Counted from the stretch's first letter, positions 15,689 through 28,757 are shown. The stretch: 64,000 nucleotides of DNA from an uncultured Planctomycetia bacterium (GCA_964606485.1 CAZSGP010000002.1:138766-202765); one strand, 5' to 3'. A program made the numbers and translations. The notes: generated from the letters alone by a model not told the origin.

Positions 15689-16879
15689 TTAAGCCAAAAT
15701 CTCCGAGATCACACCTGCTCCGACGGTATGACCGCCTTCACGAATGGCGAAGCGAAGTTCCTTCTCCATGGCGATGGGAGTGATGAGTTCGGCGCTGACC
15801 GAGATCGTGTCGCCGGGCATAACCATTTCCACATCCTTGGGAAGGGTGATGACTCCGGTCACGTCGGTGGTTCTAAAATAGAATTGGGGTTTGTAACCAT
15901 TAAAGAAGGCTGTGTGACGTCCACCCTCTTCTTTGGTCAGGATGTACACTTCGCCCTTGAACTTCGTGTGGGGAGTGATCGATCCGGGCTTCGCAAGAAC
16001 CTGGCCTCTTTCAAGACCGGTTTTATCGATGCCTCTAAGAAGTAGGCCGACATTGTCTCCGGCTTGTCCGTCGTCAAGAAGCTTACGGAACATTTCAATA
16101 CCGGTGATGACGGTTTTCTTAGTGGGGTGAATACCAACCACTTCGACTTCGTCGCCGACTTTGCAAAGACCGCGTTCGATACGGCCGGTTCCGACAGTGC
16201 CACGACCCGTGATCGAGAACACGTCTTCGATCGGCATGAGGAAGGGTTTATCCACTTCACGCTTGGGGGTTGGGACGTATTCGTCAACGGCTTTCATTAA
16301 ATCCATGATGCATTGAGTTTTGTTGTCGTCGGTGGGGTTGTTGAGAGCTTCTAAGGCTGAACCACGGACCACGGGGGTCTTTTCACCGGGGAATTGGTAC
16401 TTCGTGAGAAGCTCACGGACTTCCATTTCCACAAGATCTAAAAGTTCTTTGTCGTCCACCGCGTCGCACTTGTTGAGGAATACGACAATGGCAGGGACAC
16501 CGACCTGACGAGCTAAAAGAATGTGTTCACGAGTTTGAGGCATTGGACCATCAGCTGCTGACACGACAAGGATCGCTCCGTCCATTTGAGCGGCACCGGT
16601 GATCATGTTTTTGATGTAGTCAGCATGGCCCGGGCAATCGACGTGAGCGTAGTGACGGTTAGCGGTAGAGTATTCCACGTGAGAGACGGCGATCGTGATA
16701 CCACGCTCTCTTTCTTCGGGGGCGTTATCAATGGTGTCGAAAGCGCGAGCTTCGCATAAGCCTTTTTTAGCAAGAACGGTGGTGATGGCGGCAGTGAGAG
16801 TCGTTTTGCCGTGATCGACGTGACCGATGGTGCCGATGTTAACGTGCGGCTTAGAGCGTTCGAATTTTTCTTTGGACAT
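15689..16879 (-). CDS. tuf: elongation factor Tu (copy 2)
   Basis: Protein identical to copy 1; the nucleotide sequence appears identical across the CDS. Sits in the tRNA-tuf-rpmG-secE-nusG context. Confidence 0.97.
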   Translation of the reverse strand: MSKEKFERSKPHVNIGTIGHVDHGKTTLTAAITTVLAKKGLCEARAFDTIDNAPEERERGITIAVSHVEYSTANRHYAHVDCPGHADYIKNMITGAAQMDGAILVVSAADGPMPQTREHILLARQVGVPAIVVFLNKCDAVDDKELLDLVEMEVRELLTKYQFPGEKTPVVRGSALEALNNPTDDNKTQCIMDLMKAVDEYVPTPKREVDKPFLMPIEDVFSITGRGTVGTGRIERGLCKVGDEVEVVGIHPTKKTVITGIEMFRKLLDDGQAGDNVGLLLRGIDKTGLERGQVLAKPGSITPHTKFKGEVYILTKEEGGRHTAFFNGYKPQFYFRTTDVTGVITLPKDVEMVMPGDTISVSAELITPIAMEKELRFAIREGGHTVGAGVISEILA

Positions 16880-16961
16880 TTATATCTCCCCTTTTTCGTT
16901 CTATTGTTTCTTAAATAATAAAATTAGTGCAAAAAAATAATGCTAAACATCCTAAATCTGG

Positions 16962-17034
16962 AGCTGCAGATCGGGATTGAACCGATGACCTCGAACTTAC
17001 CAAGTTCGTGCTCTACCAACTGAGCTACTGCAGC
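16962..17034 (-). tRNA. tRNA-Thr (anticodon GGT)
   Basis: Cloverleaf with acceptor gctgcag, D-arm agctcagttggtagagc, anticodon loop uuGGUaa. Confidence 0.8.
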
Positions 17035-17140
17035 ACGATTTTCTGCGGGCAGTCGCTACAGCAGAAACGAACCTAAAAATACCTGACACAATACGTCAAA
17101 TTTTAATAGGCCCCCAATTATAATGTTTTTTCCATTTCTG

Positions 17141-17833
17141 TCAAGCATCAATCTTAACCAGAATTAATAGCAAAATAAGAGTGCTACAAATCGCCCAATA
17201 GGACCAATGGGTTCTACCCCTTCGGCTGCCTGACAAGGACCACTTGCCTCCCTGCGCGGCATCCACTAATCGAAGTGCGGCCGTCCAATGCGTCCCCACG
17301 GCTAAGACCAAAAGAGCGATTGGCAAATTATTCAAAAAAAGTGCAAGCACGATATAAACAATGCGCTCTCCCCGCTCCCAAAAACCAACCCGGCATTTTT
17401 TGATCTCGCACTCGGCACGCGCCCGGACATAGCTCACCGCAAAAAAACCAACCAGCGTCCAAGCGCTGAGAAGCGCGAACAAATAATTTCCCCGTGCCGC
17501 AAAAAAGAACAAAATTCCAAAGACAATGGCGGCGTCGCCATACCGATCAAGCAGGGAGTCGAATATCCCACCGAAACTATTTTTAGCGGATCCTGAAATC
17601 CTAGCGACTTCTCCATCCATCAAATCCAGCACCCCTGAAACTAAAAGAGCGACGGCGGCCCAAAAAAACAGGCCTACATAAATTAGACATCCGGAAAGCC
17701 CCGCAAAAAAAAGCCCAAGCGCTGTCAGAAAGTTCGCTGACAGCCCTAGGCGATGAAACAAGCTTGCGATGGAGTGTTTAAAGGTTTGCATAAAAATGGA
17801 GCGGGTGGCGGGAATCGGCGCCCTGCGCGGCAC
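17141..17833 (-). CDS. CDP-alcohol phosphatidyltransferase family protein
   Basis: Multi-TM protein carrying the family signature D-x2-DG-x2-AR-x8-G-x3-D-x3-D (DLMDGEVARISGSAKNSFGGIFDSLLDRYGD). The start codon is uncertain. Confidence 0.8.
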   Translation of the reverse strand: MPRRAPIPATRSIFMQTFKHSIASLFHRLGLSANFLTALGLFFAGLSGCLIYVGLFFWAAVALLVSGVLDLMDGEVARISGSAKNSFGGIFDSLLDRYGDAAIVFGILFFFAARGNYLFALLSAWTLVGFFAVSYVRARAECEIKKCRVGFWERGERIVYIVLALFLNNLPIALLVLAVGTHWTAALRLVDAAQGGKWSLSGSRRGRTHWSYWAICSTLILLLILVKIDA

Positions 17834-17942
17834 TGCGTGTCCGCTGCGGGTCGGCCAGTCGCCGCATAAACTGCTTCCATAGGTCGCAGTATATAAGCAT
17901 GCGGCTCAGTTCGATTCCAGCGTTCCTGCACTTAAAAAAATT

Positions 17943-18013
17943 CAGCGGGTGGCGGGAATCGAACCCGCGTAGCGAGTTTGGAAAACTCGAATTCTACCAT
18001 TGAACTACACCCG
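17943..18013 (-). tRNA. tRNA-Gly (anticodon TCC)
   Basis: Cloverleaf with acceptor gcgggtg, anticodon loop uuUCCaa, T-loop ggttcgattcc. Confidence 0.8.
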
Positions 18014-18045
18014 CGAAAACTTAAGGCGTTAGTTTATCAAAACTT

Positions 18046-19623
<1,578 letters not shown>

Positions 19624-19652
19624 TTCATTTCCTCTCGTAAAATAGTAACTCT

Positions 19653-20255
19653 ATGATAAGGTATTTTATCATGGATAAACAAATTTTAAACGCGATCGCC
19701 ATGGTCGTTACTTTTATTTCTTTCGTTCCCTACATCCGCTCCACGCAGCGTGGGCAAACCAAACCCCATGTGTTTTCCTGGTTGATTTGGGGACTTTCGA
19801 CATTGATTGTTTTCTTTGCCCAGCTTTCGGATGGCGCCGGTGTGGGTGCGTGGTCGATTGGATTTTCGGGTGTGGTCACGCTTTACATCGCTTGCTTGGC
19901 GTATCGGAAGCGTGCAGATTACTCGATCACGAAATTGGATTGGAGTTTTTTGGTGATGGCACTGCTTTCATTGCCGCTATGGATTTGGACTCGCAATCCT
20001 TTTTGGGCCGTGGTGATTCTATCGACGATTGATACCCTGGGCTTTGGACCAACGTTCCGGAAAGCCTATCACGCTCCCTACGGAGAAGAGCTTTCACTCT
20101 ACGTACTCACCGCCGTGCGAAACGCAATTGGCATTGCGGCGCTCGAACATTACTCCTGGACCACCGTCCTTTTTCCGGCTGTGGTGGGATTAGTGAGCTT
20201 GATTTTTTATGCGATGGTGCTAATTCGAAGATCCGCCCTTTCGCGGCGCTCTTAG
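19653..20255 (+). CDS. hypothetical integral membrane protein
   Basis: 200 aa with about six hydrophobic helices and no recognisable motif. Confidence 0.5.
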   Translation: MIRYFIMDKQILNAIAMVVTFISFVPYIRSTQRGQTKPHVFSWLIWGLSTLIVFFAQLSDGAGVGAWSIGFSGVVTLYIACLAYRKRADYSITKLDWSFLVMALLSLPLWIWTRNPFWAVVILSTIDTLGFGPTFRKAYHAPYGEELSLYVLTAVRNAIGIAALEHYSWTTVLFPAVVGLVSLIFYAMVLIRRSALSRRS

Positions 20256-20275
20256 AAAAAGTATCACCGCTCCAG

Positions 20276-21393
20276 CTAATTGGCTAGAAGAATACCGCCA
20301 CGGCTTGTGCGCTTGACTTCAAAGAGAGCTTTGTCAGCCAGCTCTAAAAGGCCCTGCTCATTCACGCTGCCTTGCGGTTGGTAACAGGCTGCCCCAAAAC
20401 TAGCAGAAACCTTCACCGGCTTACCGTCGAAATAAAGTTCGATTCGGCGAATATTTTCATTAATTTCACCCGCGCGCCTTAAAAAATCCTCACGAGTCGC
20501 ATGGTCTAAAATAACCATAAACTCATCGCCGCCATAACGTCCGATATGGGTGCTATTGCGAACGCACTTCGTGAGAGTCTTTGCAATCGCCGCTATCACT
20601 TGATCCCCAAATGCATGCCCATAAGTGTCATTGATATGCTTAAAATGATCTACGTCAAAAATGATCAAATAAAAATTTTGACCCCTGCTTCCAGAATCGA
20701 CGACCTTACTGCGGAGCACTTCGAAAAAATAGCGCCTGTTTGAAATTTGCGTCAGCTCATCGGTTTTAGATTGAACGTCTGCCTGCTGATAGAGCTTTGC
20801 CAGTTGCTGTTTTTGCATGAACTCTCTAAAAAATTGGGTTTGATACACATGCGTCATCATCACTACAAACACGCCGGTAGTCCCCATAAAAAAAAGCGCT
20901 GAAAAAACCGTCACATTATTCCAGGCAACGGGAGAAAAGGACACCGCCGCAACATACCCGACAAGAGCCACAATCACATTAAAAAGATTGAAGCGGTAAT
21001 CCAAAGTGTTCACGATCAGTGAGCAAAGGAAAACGATATTAATTCCTTCGTAATAATGACTGACGCCTCCATCCGATCTATAAATCATCCAACAAACAAC
21101 GAGGCATCCAGCCTGAACAAAAAAGGAGTCCACCCACAGGGCAAATCTTTGAACCCATTTCGTTTGGTAGAGGTAATAACTCAAGAAAAATAAACCACAG
21201 AACCCCAACCGGACGTAATAAAACTCGGCCCAGCGCTCCGGATAAACGATTCGATCCAGGAATGTAAATAGAAAGTAAAGCGGGCTCCCGTAGCGTGCGA
21301 TCAACCCCAGACGATACATCACCAATGAATTAACCGATTGGTTGTATTGGGCTTTGAGTTCGGGCGGCAATGCTTTGCTGAGCATAGACCGCA
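20276..21393 (-). CDS. diguanylate cyclase (GGDEF) with N-terminal membrane sensor domain
   Basis: The C-terminus has RYGGDEFMVIL and the RxxD-like context of GGDEF, preceded by about six TM helices. The ORF-track start at 21487 would overlap tRNA-Tyr, so the internal Met (MRSML...) at 21393 is preferred. Confidence 0.85.
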
Positions 21394-21454
21394 TTTTAGC
21401 ATGCCTCAAAAGAAAAAATCCCACGATTAAAAATCGCGGGATTTCTCCAAACCT

Positions 21455-21536
21455 TGGGCAGGGAAGGATTCGAACCTTCGAAGGCATGGCCGACAGATTT
21501 ACAGTCTGTTGCGTTTGACCACTTCGCTACCTGCCC
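21455..21536 (-). tRNA. tRNA-Tyr (anticodon GTA, long variable arm)
   Basis: Class-II tRNA fold: acceptor gggcagg, anticodon loop cuGUAaa, long extra arm, T-loop ggttcgaatcc. Confidence 0.8.
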
Positions 21537-21619
21537 GTAAACTTTCGCCGTTGCGCTTTTTGCAACGGACGAATCCGCCGACGCTTTGTCGCGGATAATA
21601 AACTTTATTCTTTAATCCG

Positions 21620-21692
21620 AGCTGGAAGTCGGGATCGAACCGACGACCTACGGTTTACAAAACCGTTGCTCTACCAGCTGAGCTATTCCAGC
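21620..21692 (-). tRNA. tRNA-Thr (anticodon TGT)
   Basis: Cloverleaf with acceptor gctggaa, D-arm agctcagctggtagagc, anticodon loop uuUGUaa. Confidence 0.8.
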
Positions 21693-21696
21693 AAAT

Positions 21697-22518
21697 TTAC
21701 CTCAAAAAAGCTTTTGGCAAAAATTCTATCAGATCGCTCGCCGTTACCGATAATTCCCCTTTTTCTTGGCGGGCCAAATCTCCGGCGAGTCCGTGAAAAT
21801 GCACTCCCCAGCGTGCCGCTTCAAAAGGTTTGAGCCCTTGAGCGAGGAAAGCTGCGATAATGCCCGTCAGCACGTCCCCACTCCCGCCCTTAGCCATGGA
21901 TGCATTTCCGGTCTGATTCCGTACAACTTTTAAACCCTGCACCACCAGGCTCTGCGAGCCTTTTAAAACAAGGGTCACATCATAAATCTTTGATAATTTT
22001 TTTGCAAGCGCCGCTCTCTTAGAGCCATCCTCGGGCCATTTCACCTCAAAAAGACGCTCAAACTCCCCTTTGTGCGGCGTAAGGACGAGTGGCGAGGAAT
22101 GCTTTTTTAAATCGGGTAAATTGCCTTTAAAACTATTCAAACCATCGGCGTCGAGCACGGCCGGGACTTTCAATTCCAAAACAAGCCGACGGACAAGCTT
22201 GGCAGTTTTGGGCGCCGTCGAAAGCCCGGGTCCAATGGCACACACATTTATTTTCCGTTTGGAAATAGTGTCCACGATTCGTTTATACGAGTTCGTGGCG
22301 CTCAAAGGAAGGCGCATCACCTCTAGCGTCGAAGCAGCCGCATAGTTTTTAAAGGCATCCGGCAGCGCCCAGGTCACAAGTCCAGCGCCCGCCATGAGCG
22401 ACGCTTTGGAAACAAGCGCCCCCGCTCCCATCATGCCACTTGAGCCGGCAACAACGAGCACGTGGCCAAACTTTGTTTTATCGGAATTTTTCTTTCGGGG
22501 AATGAGCGGAAACTTCAA
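21697..22518 (-). CDS. nnr: ADP-dependent NAD(P)H-hydrate dehydratase (YjeF C-terminal / Nnr family)
   Basis: 273 aa with the carbohydrate-kinase-like motifs HVLVVAGSSGMMGAG and KGGSGDVLTG. Confidence 0.8.
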   Translation of the reverse strand: MKFPLIPRKKNSDKTKFGHVLVVAGSSGMMGAGALVSKASLMAGAGLVTWALPDAFKNYAAASTLEVMRLPLSATNSYKRIVDTISKRKINVCAIGPGLSTAPKTAKLVRRLVLELKVPAVLDADGLNSFKGNLPDLKKHSSPLVLTPHKGEFERLFEVKWPEDGSKRAALAKKLSKIYDVTLVLKGSQSLVVQGLKVVRNQTGNASMAKGGSGDVLTGIIAAFLAQGLKPFEAARWGVHFHGLAGDLARQEKGELSVTASDLIEFLPKAFLR

Positions 22519-22892
22519 CGCAGCAGCATGGCACTCGCCACCGCATAATTTTCAGTGTGAGACAAACTCACAACAGCGCCCTTTAATTTTCTTTTCTTGA
22601 GCACTTCTTTAGCTTTGCCATGCCAATGCACCACTGGTTTTCCATAGGCGTTGTTTAGAATTTCAACATTTTTCCAGCCTACAAATTCAGTCTCCACTTC
22701 GCCGAGCGCTTTAAAGATGGCTTCTTTGGCGGCAAAGCGCGCCGCAAGGTGCTGACTTGGAAATTTTTTAGACTGCGCATAATCTAATTCTTTTTGAGTG
22801 TAAATTTTTTCGAGAAACGCCTTGCCCCATTTTTTACTCGTCTTCTCGAGACGCTTAATTTCAACAATATCAATTCCAATCGCGCCCTTCAC
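22515..22892 (-). CDS. acpS: holo-[acyl-carrier-protein] synthase
   Basis: 125 aa; GIDIVEIKR N-terminus and AKEAIFKA motif typical of AcpS. Confidence 0.88.
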   Translation of the reverse strand: MKGAIGIDIVEIKRLEKTSKKWGKAFLEKIYTQKELDYAQSKKFPSQHLAARFAAKEAIFKALGEVETEFVGWKNVEILNNAYGKPVVHWHGKAKEVLKKRKLKGAVVSLSHTENYAVASAMLLR

Positions 22893-23599
22893 CGGATAAG
22901 CGCTTTCATTTTTCGCACGGATTCTTCTAATCCGATTTTCAAAGACTCTGAAATAATGGAATATCCAATGTTCAACTCGTCCATCCCCTTAATCTCAGCA
23001 ATCGGCTTGGCATTTGTATAATCCAGTCCATGTCCCGCGTGCGTGATCATTCCCAGGTCTTGCGCCTGCTTGGCCGCACGCTTAATGCGCTCCAGTTCTT
23101 TACCGCGGCGCACGCCTTGAAAATTAGCGTAATCCCCAGTGTGGAATTCAATGGCGTCCACTCCCAGCGCTTTCGCAAGCTCCACTTGCTTCGAGTCTGG
23201 GTCTAAAAATAGACTCACTGAAATTTTTCTTTTTTTAAATTCGCCGATGACGCGGCGAAGTTCAGGCGTTTTATGAAATAAATCAAGACCACTTTCGGTG
23301 GTGCGCTCTTTGCGCTTTTCGGGAACCAAAGTCACTTGATGGGGCTTGAGTTTTAACGCGACACTCACCACGCTTGGGGCGATAGCCATTTCCATATTAA
23401 GCTTAATGTTTATTGCTTTCTGAACCGCAAATAAATCCGCGTCTTGAATGTGCCGCCGATCTTCACGCAGATGCATCACAATGGACGACGCGCCAGCTTT
23501 TTGGCAAACCCGTGCCGCCCAAACTGGGTCTGGATTTTTGCCGCCTCTGGCCTGTCTTAGCGTCGCAACGTGGTCAATGTTCACACCCAGTTTTGCCAT
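22889..23599 (-). CDS. pdxJ: pyridoxine 5'-phosphate synthase
   Basis: 236 aa; LGVNIDHVATLRQARG and HAGHGL motifs of PdxJ. Confidence 0.9.
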   Translation of the reverse strand: MAKLGVNIDHVATLRQARGGKNPDPVWAARVCQKAGASSIVMHLREDRRHIQDADLFAVQKAINIKLNMEMAIAPSVVSVALKLKPHQVTLVPEKRKERTTESGLDLFHKTPELRRVIGEFKKRKISVSLFLDPDSKQVELAKALGVDAIEFHTGDYANFQGVRRGKELERIKRAAKQAQDLGMITHAGHGLDYTNAKPIAEIKGMDELNIGYSIISESLKIGLEESVRKMKALIR

Positions 23600-23608
23600 G
23601 ATTATTTT

Positions 23609-24040
23609 TTAATTTTCGGATTTTTCGATCGGCGCTGTCACTTGAACGGTGTAGGATTCACCAGCCAAATGAATACCCGCCACACTTTCGAGAGGAATAT
23701 TTTTTACGACGGTTTTAGATTCGTCGCTCAAATCAACCAGAGCCGTTTCTGCACTTTGCGCGTCTTCGAGTAAGGCCTCTGGACCAATAGCCGTGATGGT
23801 GGGCGGATTAGACGAAACTTTTTCCGCGAGCACTTTATAACCCTCTGCGGGTGCTCCCGTGAGCCGCACTTTTACGGGCAGTGTTTTTGCAGTCAGCTTA
23901 ATGAGTTTGTAGGACGGATCGACTACTCCTCGTTCTTTTTTTTCAGCATTTTCTATTTCAGTGGAAATGTACAAGTAAGTTCCCACCGCTAAAATCAGCG
24001 AGAGAATTTTTAAAATCCAGTTGCCTTTTAGAAGACTCAT
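23609..24040 (-). CDS. short YbbR/CdaR-like protein
   Basis: 143 aa with an N-terminal TM helix followed by one YbbR-like beta-rich domain. It sits immediately downstream of cdaA, as CdaR does. Confidence 0.55.
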   Translation of the reverse strand: MSLLKGNWILKILSLILAVGTYLYISTEIENAEKKERGVVDPSYKLIKLTAKTLPVKVRLTGAPAEGYKVLAEKVSSNPPTITAIGPEALLEDAQSAETALVDLSDESKTVVKNIPLESVAGIHLAGESYTVQVTAPIEKSEN

Positions 24041-24861
24041 GATTTGTCTGTTGCCCTTCTAAAACGAATGCGTCTGCGCTTGTCTTTTTCGGTGATCGGC
24101 GCGTAAAGCTCATTGAGCGCGTCGCGCAACCCCTTCTCATCCAAGTCTCTAACCATTTTTCCCTTATTCATGATGGAAATTATTCCAGTCTCTTCGGAAA
24201 CCACGATCACAAGCGCGTCGGTTTCTTCGCTCAAACCAACCGCTGCCCTATGTCGAGTGCCAAGCGCTTTGGAAATAGTCTGGCTTTGAGACAGCGGAAA
24301 AAGACAGCCCACGGCTGACACGCGTCCGCCCTGTACAATCACTCCTCCGTCGTGAAACGGGGTATTGGGCATAAAAATCGTCATCAAAAGCTCAGCAGTC
24401 AAAACAGCGTCGAGCGGAGTGCCGGTTTCGGTGTATGGCTTTAAACTCATCTCGCGCTCAATCGCCACTAAGCTTCCAATTCGCTGACTCGACATTGAAA
24501 GCATGGCCTTCACAAGTTCATCCAGCAACTTCTGCTCCTTCACAAAAATTCGAAACAGCGGACTTTGCCCAATGCGCGTGAGTCCCCGCCGAAGCTCGGG
24601 GTGAAATACAATGATAAAACCTAAAATGGAAAGCTGGAACACATGCGACAACACCCAGCGAATGGTTTTAAATTCCATGACGTGTGCTACCGCAAACATC
24701 ACCACCAAAATCGTAAGCCCCTTTAGAGCCTGAATCATTCCGCTGTCTTTGATGTAAACAAAAAGCAGATAGTACGCAAACCAGAAAACACCGATTTCAA
24801 AAGCGGGTTTCCAGTACGCATGAATGTATAGAGGCAATTGGGCTAATGTTAAATCAATCAT
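24037..24861 (-). CDS. cdaA: diadenylate cyclase (c-di-AMP synthase)
   Basis: 274 aa with three N-terminal TM helices plus a DAC domain (DGGVIVQGGRVSAVGCLFPLS ... ALGTRHRAAVGLSEETDALVIVVSEETG). Confidence 0.88.
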   Translation of the reverse strand: MIDLTLAQLPLYIHAYWKPAFEIGVFWFAYYLLFVYIKDSGMIQALKGLTILVVMFAVAHVMEFKTIRWVLSHVFQLSILGFIIVFHPELRRGLTRIGQSPLFRIFVKEQKLLDELVKAMLSMSSQRIGSLVAIEREMSLKPYTETGTPLDAVLTAELLMTIFMPNTPFHDGGVIVQGGRVSAVGCLFPLSQSQTISKALGTRHRAAVGLSEETDALVIVVSEETGIISIMNKGKMVRDLDEKGLRDALNELYAPITEKDKRRRIRFRRATDKS

Positions 24862-25679
24862 TTGGTTTCCAAAATTTTTGCTGAAACAAGAAGTGCTTTT
24901 TTGTGTTGCGCCACGTCGTGCACGCGAAAAATTTGCGCTCCATGAGCCTGCGCTAAAACTGCCGCGGTAATCGAGCCTTCAAGTCTCGAGCTTTCATCTT
25001 CACCGGTTAGGCGCCCGATAAACGACTTGCGGGACAAGCCCACCGTTACAACAAATTTTAACCTTGAAATTTGCTTTAAGCTAGCTAAAAGTTCCAAATT
25101 ATGATCAAAGCTTTTTCCAAATCCAAAACCAGGGTCCACAGAAATACACTCACGGCGAATTCCGTAGGCCATCGCAAATTCTGCGCGATGCTCTAAAAAC
25201 GTCGCCACCTCGCGAGTCACATTTTTATAATAAGGATTCTTTTGCATGGAGCGCGGCGTTCCCTGCATATGCATCAAAATCACACTTTTTTTATACGCGG
25301 CAATTTTTTTGGCGAGTTTCGCATTATTTTGAAGTGCACAAATATCATTCACGATATCCACTCCCTCGTCCAATGCGAGACTGGCCACATCGTATTTGAA
25401 AGTGTCAATGGAAAGCAGGGCTGTCGTTTTTTTTCGAAGTGTGCGTAGAACTGGGAGAATGCGCTTTATCTCTTCTCGCGTCGACACGCGTTTTGCGCCG
25501 GGTCTAGACGACTCACCGCCAATATCAATGATTTGAGCGCCTTCCCTAACAAGATTTAGCGCGTGGCGAACAGCTTTTTCGGCTTTTAGGAATTTTCCGC
25601 CGTCACTGAAAGAATCGGGGGTCACATTCAAGACCCCCATCAAGATGGGTTTAAACGATCTTGGGTTGAATTCCCACAA
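24858..25679 (-). CDS. folP: dihydropteroate synthase
   Basis: 273 aa; ILMGVLNVTPDSFSDGGKF and a pterin-binding TIM barrel. Confidence 0.9.
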   Translation of the reverse strand: MWEFNPRSFKPILMGVLNVTPDSFSDGGKFLKAEKAVRHALNLVREGAQIIDIGGESSRPGAKRVSTREEIKRILPVLRTLRKKTTALLSIDTFKYDVASLALDEGVDIVNDICALQNNAKLAKKIAAYKKSVILMHMQGTPRSMQKNPYYKNVTREVATFLEHRAEFAMAYGIRRECISVDPGFGFGKSFDHNLELLASLKQISRLKFVVTVGLSRKSFIGRLTGEDESSRLEGSITAAVLAQAHGAQIFRVHDVAQHKKALLVSAKILETK

Positions 25680-27543
25680 TCGCTTTCACTTCCTCGGCGT
25701 CTAACACTTCTTTTTCGAGTAGCTTTTTGGCGAGCGCCTCAAGCTGTGTGGAATGCGCCGCTAAAAGCTCTTTGGCTTGGCGGTAGGCATTGTCAATAAT
25801 GCTTTTAATTTCCTGATCAATGAAGCGCGCGGTTTCTTCGCTGTAATTTCTTTCTTCGCCCAGATCGCGCCCTAAAAATACTTGATGATCGCGGCGCCCG
25901 AGCGTCAGATTGCCCATTTTTTCGCTCATTCCGAACTCACAAACCATTCGTCGTGCCGTTTGAGTCGCGACTTCAATGTCATTGTGCGCGCCGGTCGTGA
26001 TCTCATTAAACACCATCTCTTCTGCCGCGCGTCCACCCATGAGCACAATGAGCCGCCCTAAAAGCTCTGGCTTCGAGGTGAGATATTTGTCTTCGGTCGG
26101 CACCTGCATTGTGTATCCGAGTGCCGCGGTCCCACGGGGAATAATTGAAACTTTGTGAAGTGGGTCAGCACCCGGCACTAAAAGCGCAATCAGCGTGTGT
26201 CCGGACTCATGATATGCCACAATCTTTTTTTCTTTTTCGGAAATCAAGCGGCTCTTTCTTTCGGGGCCCGCCATCACGCGCTCAATCGAGTCTTGTAATT
26301 CTTGAGTCTCCACAGAGTCTTTTCCGTGCCGCGCCGCAAGCAGCGCGCCCTCATTGCAAAGATTCGCCAAATCGGCACCCGAAAATCCGGGCGTTTGCCG
26401 CGCAATGGAATTTAAATCCACATTCGGTGACAGTTTAATATTTTTAGTGTGCACTTTTAAAATTTGCTCGCGCCCGTTTAAGTCGGGGCGATCAATCACC
26501 ACGTGCCGGTCAAAGCGGCCCGGACGAAGCAAGGCTGGGTCTAAAACATCGGGGCGATTCGTCGCCGCCATCAAAATAATTGCTTCGTTGGTGTTAAATC
26601 CGTCCATTTCAACAAGGAGTGCGTTTAAAGTTTGTTCGCGCTCGTCATGACCGCCGCCAATTCCCGCAAAACGCTGCCGGCCCACCGCGTCGATTTCATC
26701 AATGAAAATAATGCAGCCCTTGCCGGTGGTCTTCACACTTTTCTTTGCCTGTTCAAACAAATCTCTCACGCGGGAGGCGCCCACGCCCACAAACATTTCC
26801 ACAAAATCAGATCCAGAGATGCTCATAAAAGGCACGTCCGCTTCGCCGCTCACAGCCTTCGCAAGCAAGGTTTTCCCCGTGCCAGGAGGTCCCATCAAAA
26901 GCACTCCGCGAGGGATTTTTCCGCCGAGCCGCTGAAATTTTTTCGGGTCTTTTAAGTAATCAATAATTTCCTGAAGCTCTTCCTTGGCCTCTTCCACGCC
27001 CGCGACATCTGCAAATGTAATTTTATTATTGATGCCTAGGCGCGCTCTTGAGCGGCCAAATGCCATAATCTTTCCACCGCCGCCTCCGGCCATTCCGCTC
27101 CCGCGCGACATGAGAAGCCAGAACAATCCTACAAATAAGAGAGGTCCGATCACCGCGTATAAAAGCTGCGCCCAAAACGTTTTCTCTGGACGAATTTCAT
27201 AGCTTTGAACATTGTGGCGCAAAGCGCGCTCAAGATCTGGATCGTTATCTGGAATCGTAACCCGGTATTTCTCTCCGGTTGTGAGTTCGCCACTAATCTC
27301 ATTCGTCACACGGATGGCAGACTTAATCGCGGGAGTCTTAAGATTGGTGTCCAGAAGTCCGTAAAATTCGCCGTAGCTAAATTGTTTACTGGGCTTTTCC
27401 ATGGGTAGGGCGCCCATGCGGGTAAAGTAGAAAATGCTTAAAAAGAGAGCAATCCACAAGAAAATAGACCCGGGAAACCCATCTTTTAAGCCCTTCTTGG
27501 GGTCTTGCTTAGGTGTTCCGTTGGGTGTTGGATTTGCCGACAT
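25651..27543 (-). CDS. ftsH: ATP-dependent zinc metalloprotease FtsH
   Basis: 630 aa; AAA Walker A (GPPGTGKT), SRH, and the M41 HESGH zinc site. Confidence 0.96.
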   Translation of the reverse strand: MSANPTPNGTPKQDPKKGLKDGFPGSIFLWIALFLSIFYFTRMGALPMEKPSKQFSYGEFYGLLDTNLKTPAIKSAIRVTNEISGELTTGEKYRVTIPDNDPDLERALRHNVQSYEIRPEKTFWAQLLYAVIGPLLFVGLFWLLMSRGSGMAGGGGGKIMAFGRSRARLGINNKITFADVAGVEEAKEELQEIIDYLKDPKKFQRLGGKIPRGVLLMGPPGTGKTLLAKAVSGEADVPFMSISGSDFVEMFVGVGASRVRDLFEQAKKSVKTTGKGCIIFIDEIDAVGRQRFAGIGGGHDEREQTLNALLVEMDGFNTNEAIILMAATNRPDVLDPALLRPGRFDRHVVIDRPDLNGREQILKVHTKNIKLSPNVDLNSIARQTPGFSGADLANLCNEGALLAARHGKDSVETQELQDSIERVMAGPERKSRLISEKEKKIVAYHESGHTLIALLVPGADPLHKVSIIPRGTAALGYTMQVPTEDKYLTSKPELLGRLIVLMGGRAAEEMVFNEITTGAHNDIEVATQTARRMVCEFGMSEKMGNLTLGRRDHQVFLGRDLGEERNYSEETARFIDQEIKSIIDNAYRQAKELLAAHSTQLEALAKKLLEKEVLDAEEVKAIVGIQPKIV

Positions 27544-27641
27544 TTTGACCGCCTTTTTCTGTAGAGTGAGTGATTATACCCTAGTCGCGTACGCTTGACA
27601 ATACGGATTGGGCTTCATTATACTGAGAGCTCTTAAAAATT

Positions 27642-28748
27642 ATGAAGAAAATCAAACTCGCCATCGTTGGAATCGGTAACTGCGCTAGCTCCCTTATCCA
27701 GGGGATTGAGTATTACCGTCAAGAGTCCTCCTCTCAAGACACCAAAGACCACCTAGGCCTCATGAATTATGAAATTGGCGGCTATCGCCCTCAGGACATC
27801 GAGGTGGTTTGTGCGTTTGACATCGACAAACGCAAAGTGGGATTACCGGTCAATAAAGCTATTTTTCAAGCACCGAATTGCACAAAGCTCATCACAAACA
27901 AGCTCTCCTCCCCGAGCGTCACGGTTCAAATGGGAGAAATTTTAGACGGCGTTGCCGAGCACATGAAAGAATATGCCGACGCGCGCACCTTTTTGCCAAG
28001 CAACAAACCAAGTGTCGACGTGGTTCATGCGCTTAAAAAGTCTGGTGCAGAAATTTTAATCAGCTACTTACCAGTAGGCTCGCTCAAAGCGACAGAGTTT
28101 TACGCCGAGTGCTGTCTAAAAGCTGGTGTGAGCTTCATCAATTGCATGCCCATTTTTATTGCTTCAAACCCCACTTGGGCCAAACGCTTCACAAAAGCTG
28201 GCATCCCCATTATTGGTGACGACATCAAGTCTCAGGTGGGAGCCACAATTGTGCACCGCACCCTCGCACGGCTTTTCGAAGATCGCGGCGTCAAAATTGA
28301 CCGGACCTATCAACTCAATACCGGTGGCAACACGGACTTTTTAAATATGCTCAATCGCGGGCGTTTAAAATATAAAAAGATCTCGAAAACAGAATCCGTT
28401 CAATCACAATTTGCAGAACGCCTAGACCCTGACAACATTCACATTGGCCCCAGCGATTATGTGCCATGGCAAAATGACAATAAAGTTGCGTTTATCCGCA
28501 TCGAAGGACGTGGGTTTGGAAACATTCCCATGAACATGGAAGTGCGCCTTTCTGTTGAAGACTCCCCGAACAGTGCGGGAGTGGCGGTAGACGCGATTCG
28601 CTGCCTCAAACTAGCCCGTGAACGCAAATTAAAAGGCCCTATTTACTCGGTGTCCTCTTACTTAATGAAACATCCCCCCCGTCAATACACGGACAATGCG
28701 GCTAAAAAAATGGTCCGGGAATTCATCGAAGGAAAAAGAAAAGACTAG
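27642..28748 (+). CDS. inositol-3-phosphate synthase (archaeal/bacterial short MIPS type)
   Basis: 368 aa; N-terminal KLAIVGIGNCASSLIQGIEYY is the Rossmann plus NCASS signature of short myo-inositol-1-phosphate synthases. The only substantial plus-strand gene in the window. Confidence 0.8.
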   Translation: MKKIKLAIVGIGNCASSLIQGIEYYRQESSSQDTKDHLGLMNYEIGGYRPQDIEVVCAFDIDKRKVGLPVNKAIFQAPNCTKLITNKLSSPSVTVQMGEILDGVAEHMKEYADARTFLPSNKPSVDVVHALKKSGAEILISYLPVGSLKATEFYAECCLKAGVSFINCMPIFIASNPTWAKRFTKAGIPIIGDDIKSQVGATIVHRTLARLFEDRGVKIDRTYQLNTGGNTDFLNMLNRGRLKYKKISKTESVQSQFAERLDPDNIHIGPSDYVPWQNDNKVAFIRIEGRGFGNIPMNMEVRLSVEDSPNSAGVAVDAIRCLKLARERKLKGPIYSVSSYLMKHPPRQYTDNAAKKMVREFIEGKRKD

Positions 28749-28757
28749 ATTTAGCTC

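Noticed and set aside
21394-21487. N-terminal 31 aa of the GGDEF ORF
   Set aside because: It overlaps tRNA-Tyr on the same strand. The downstream Met at 21393 was chosen.
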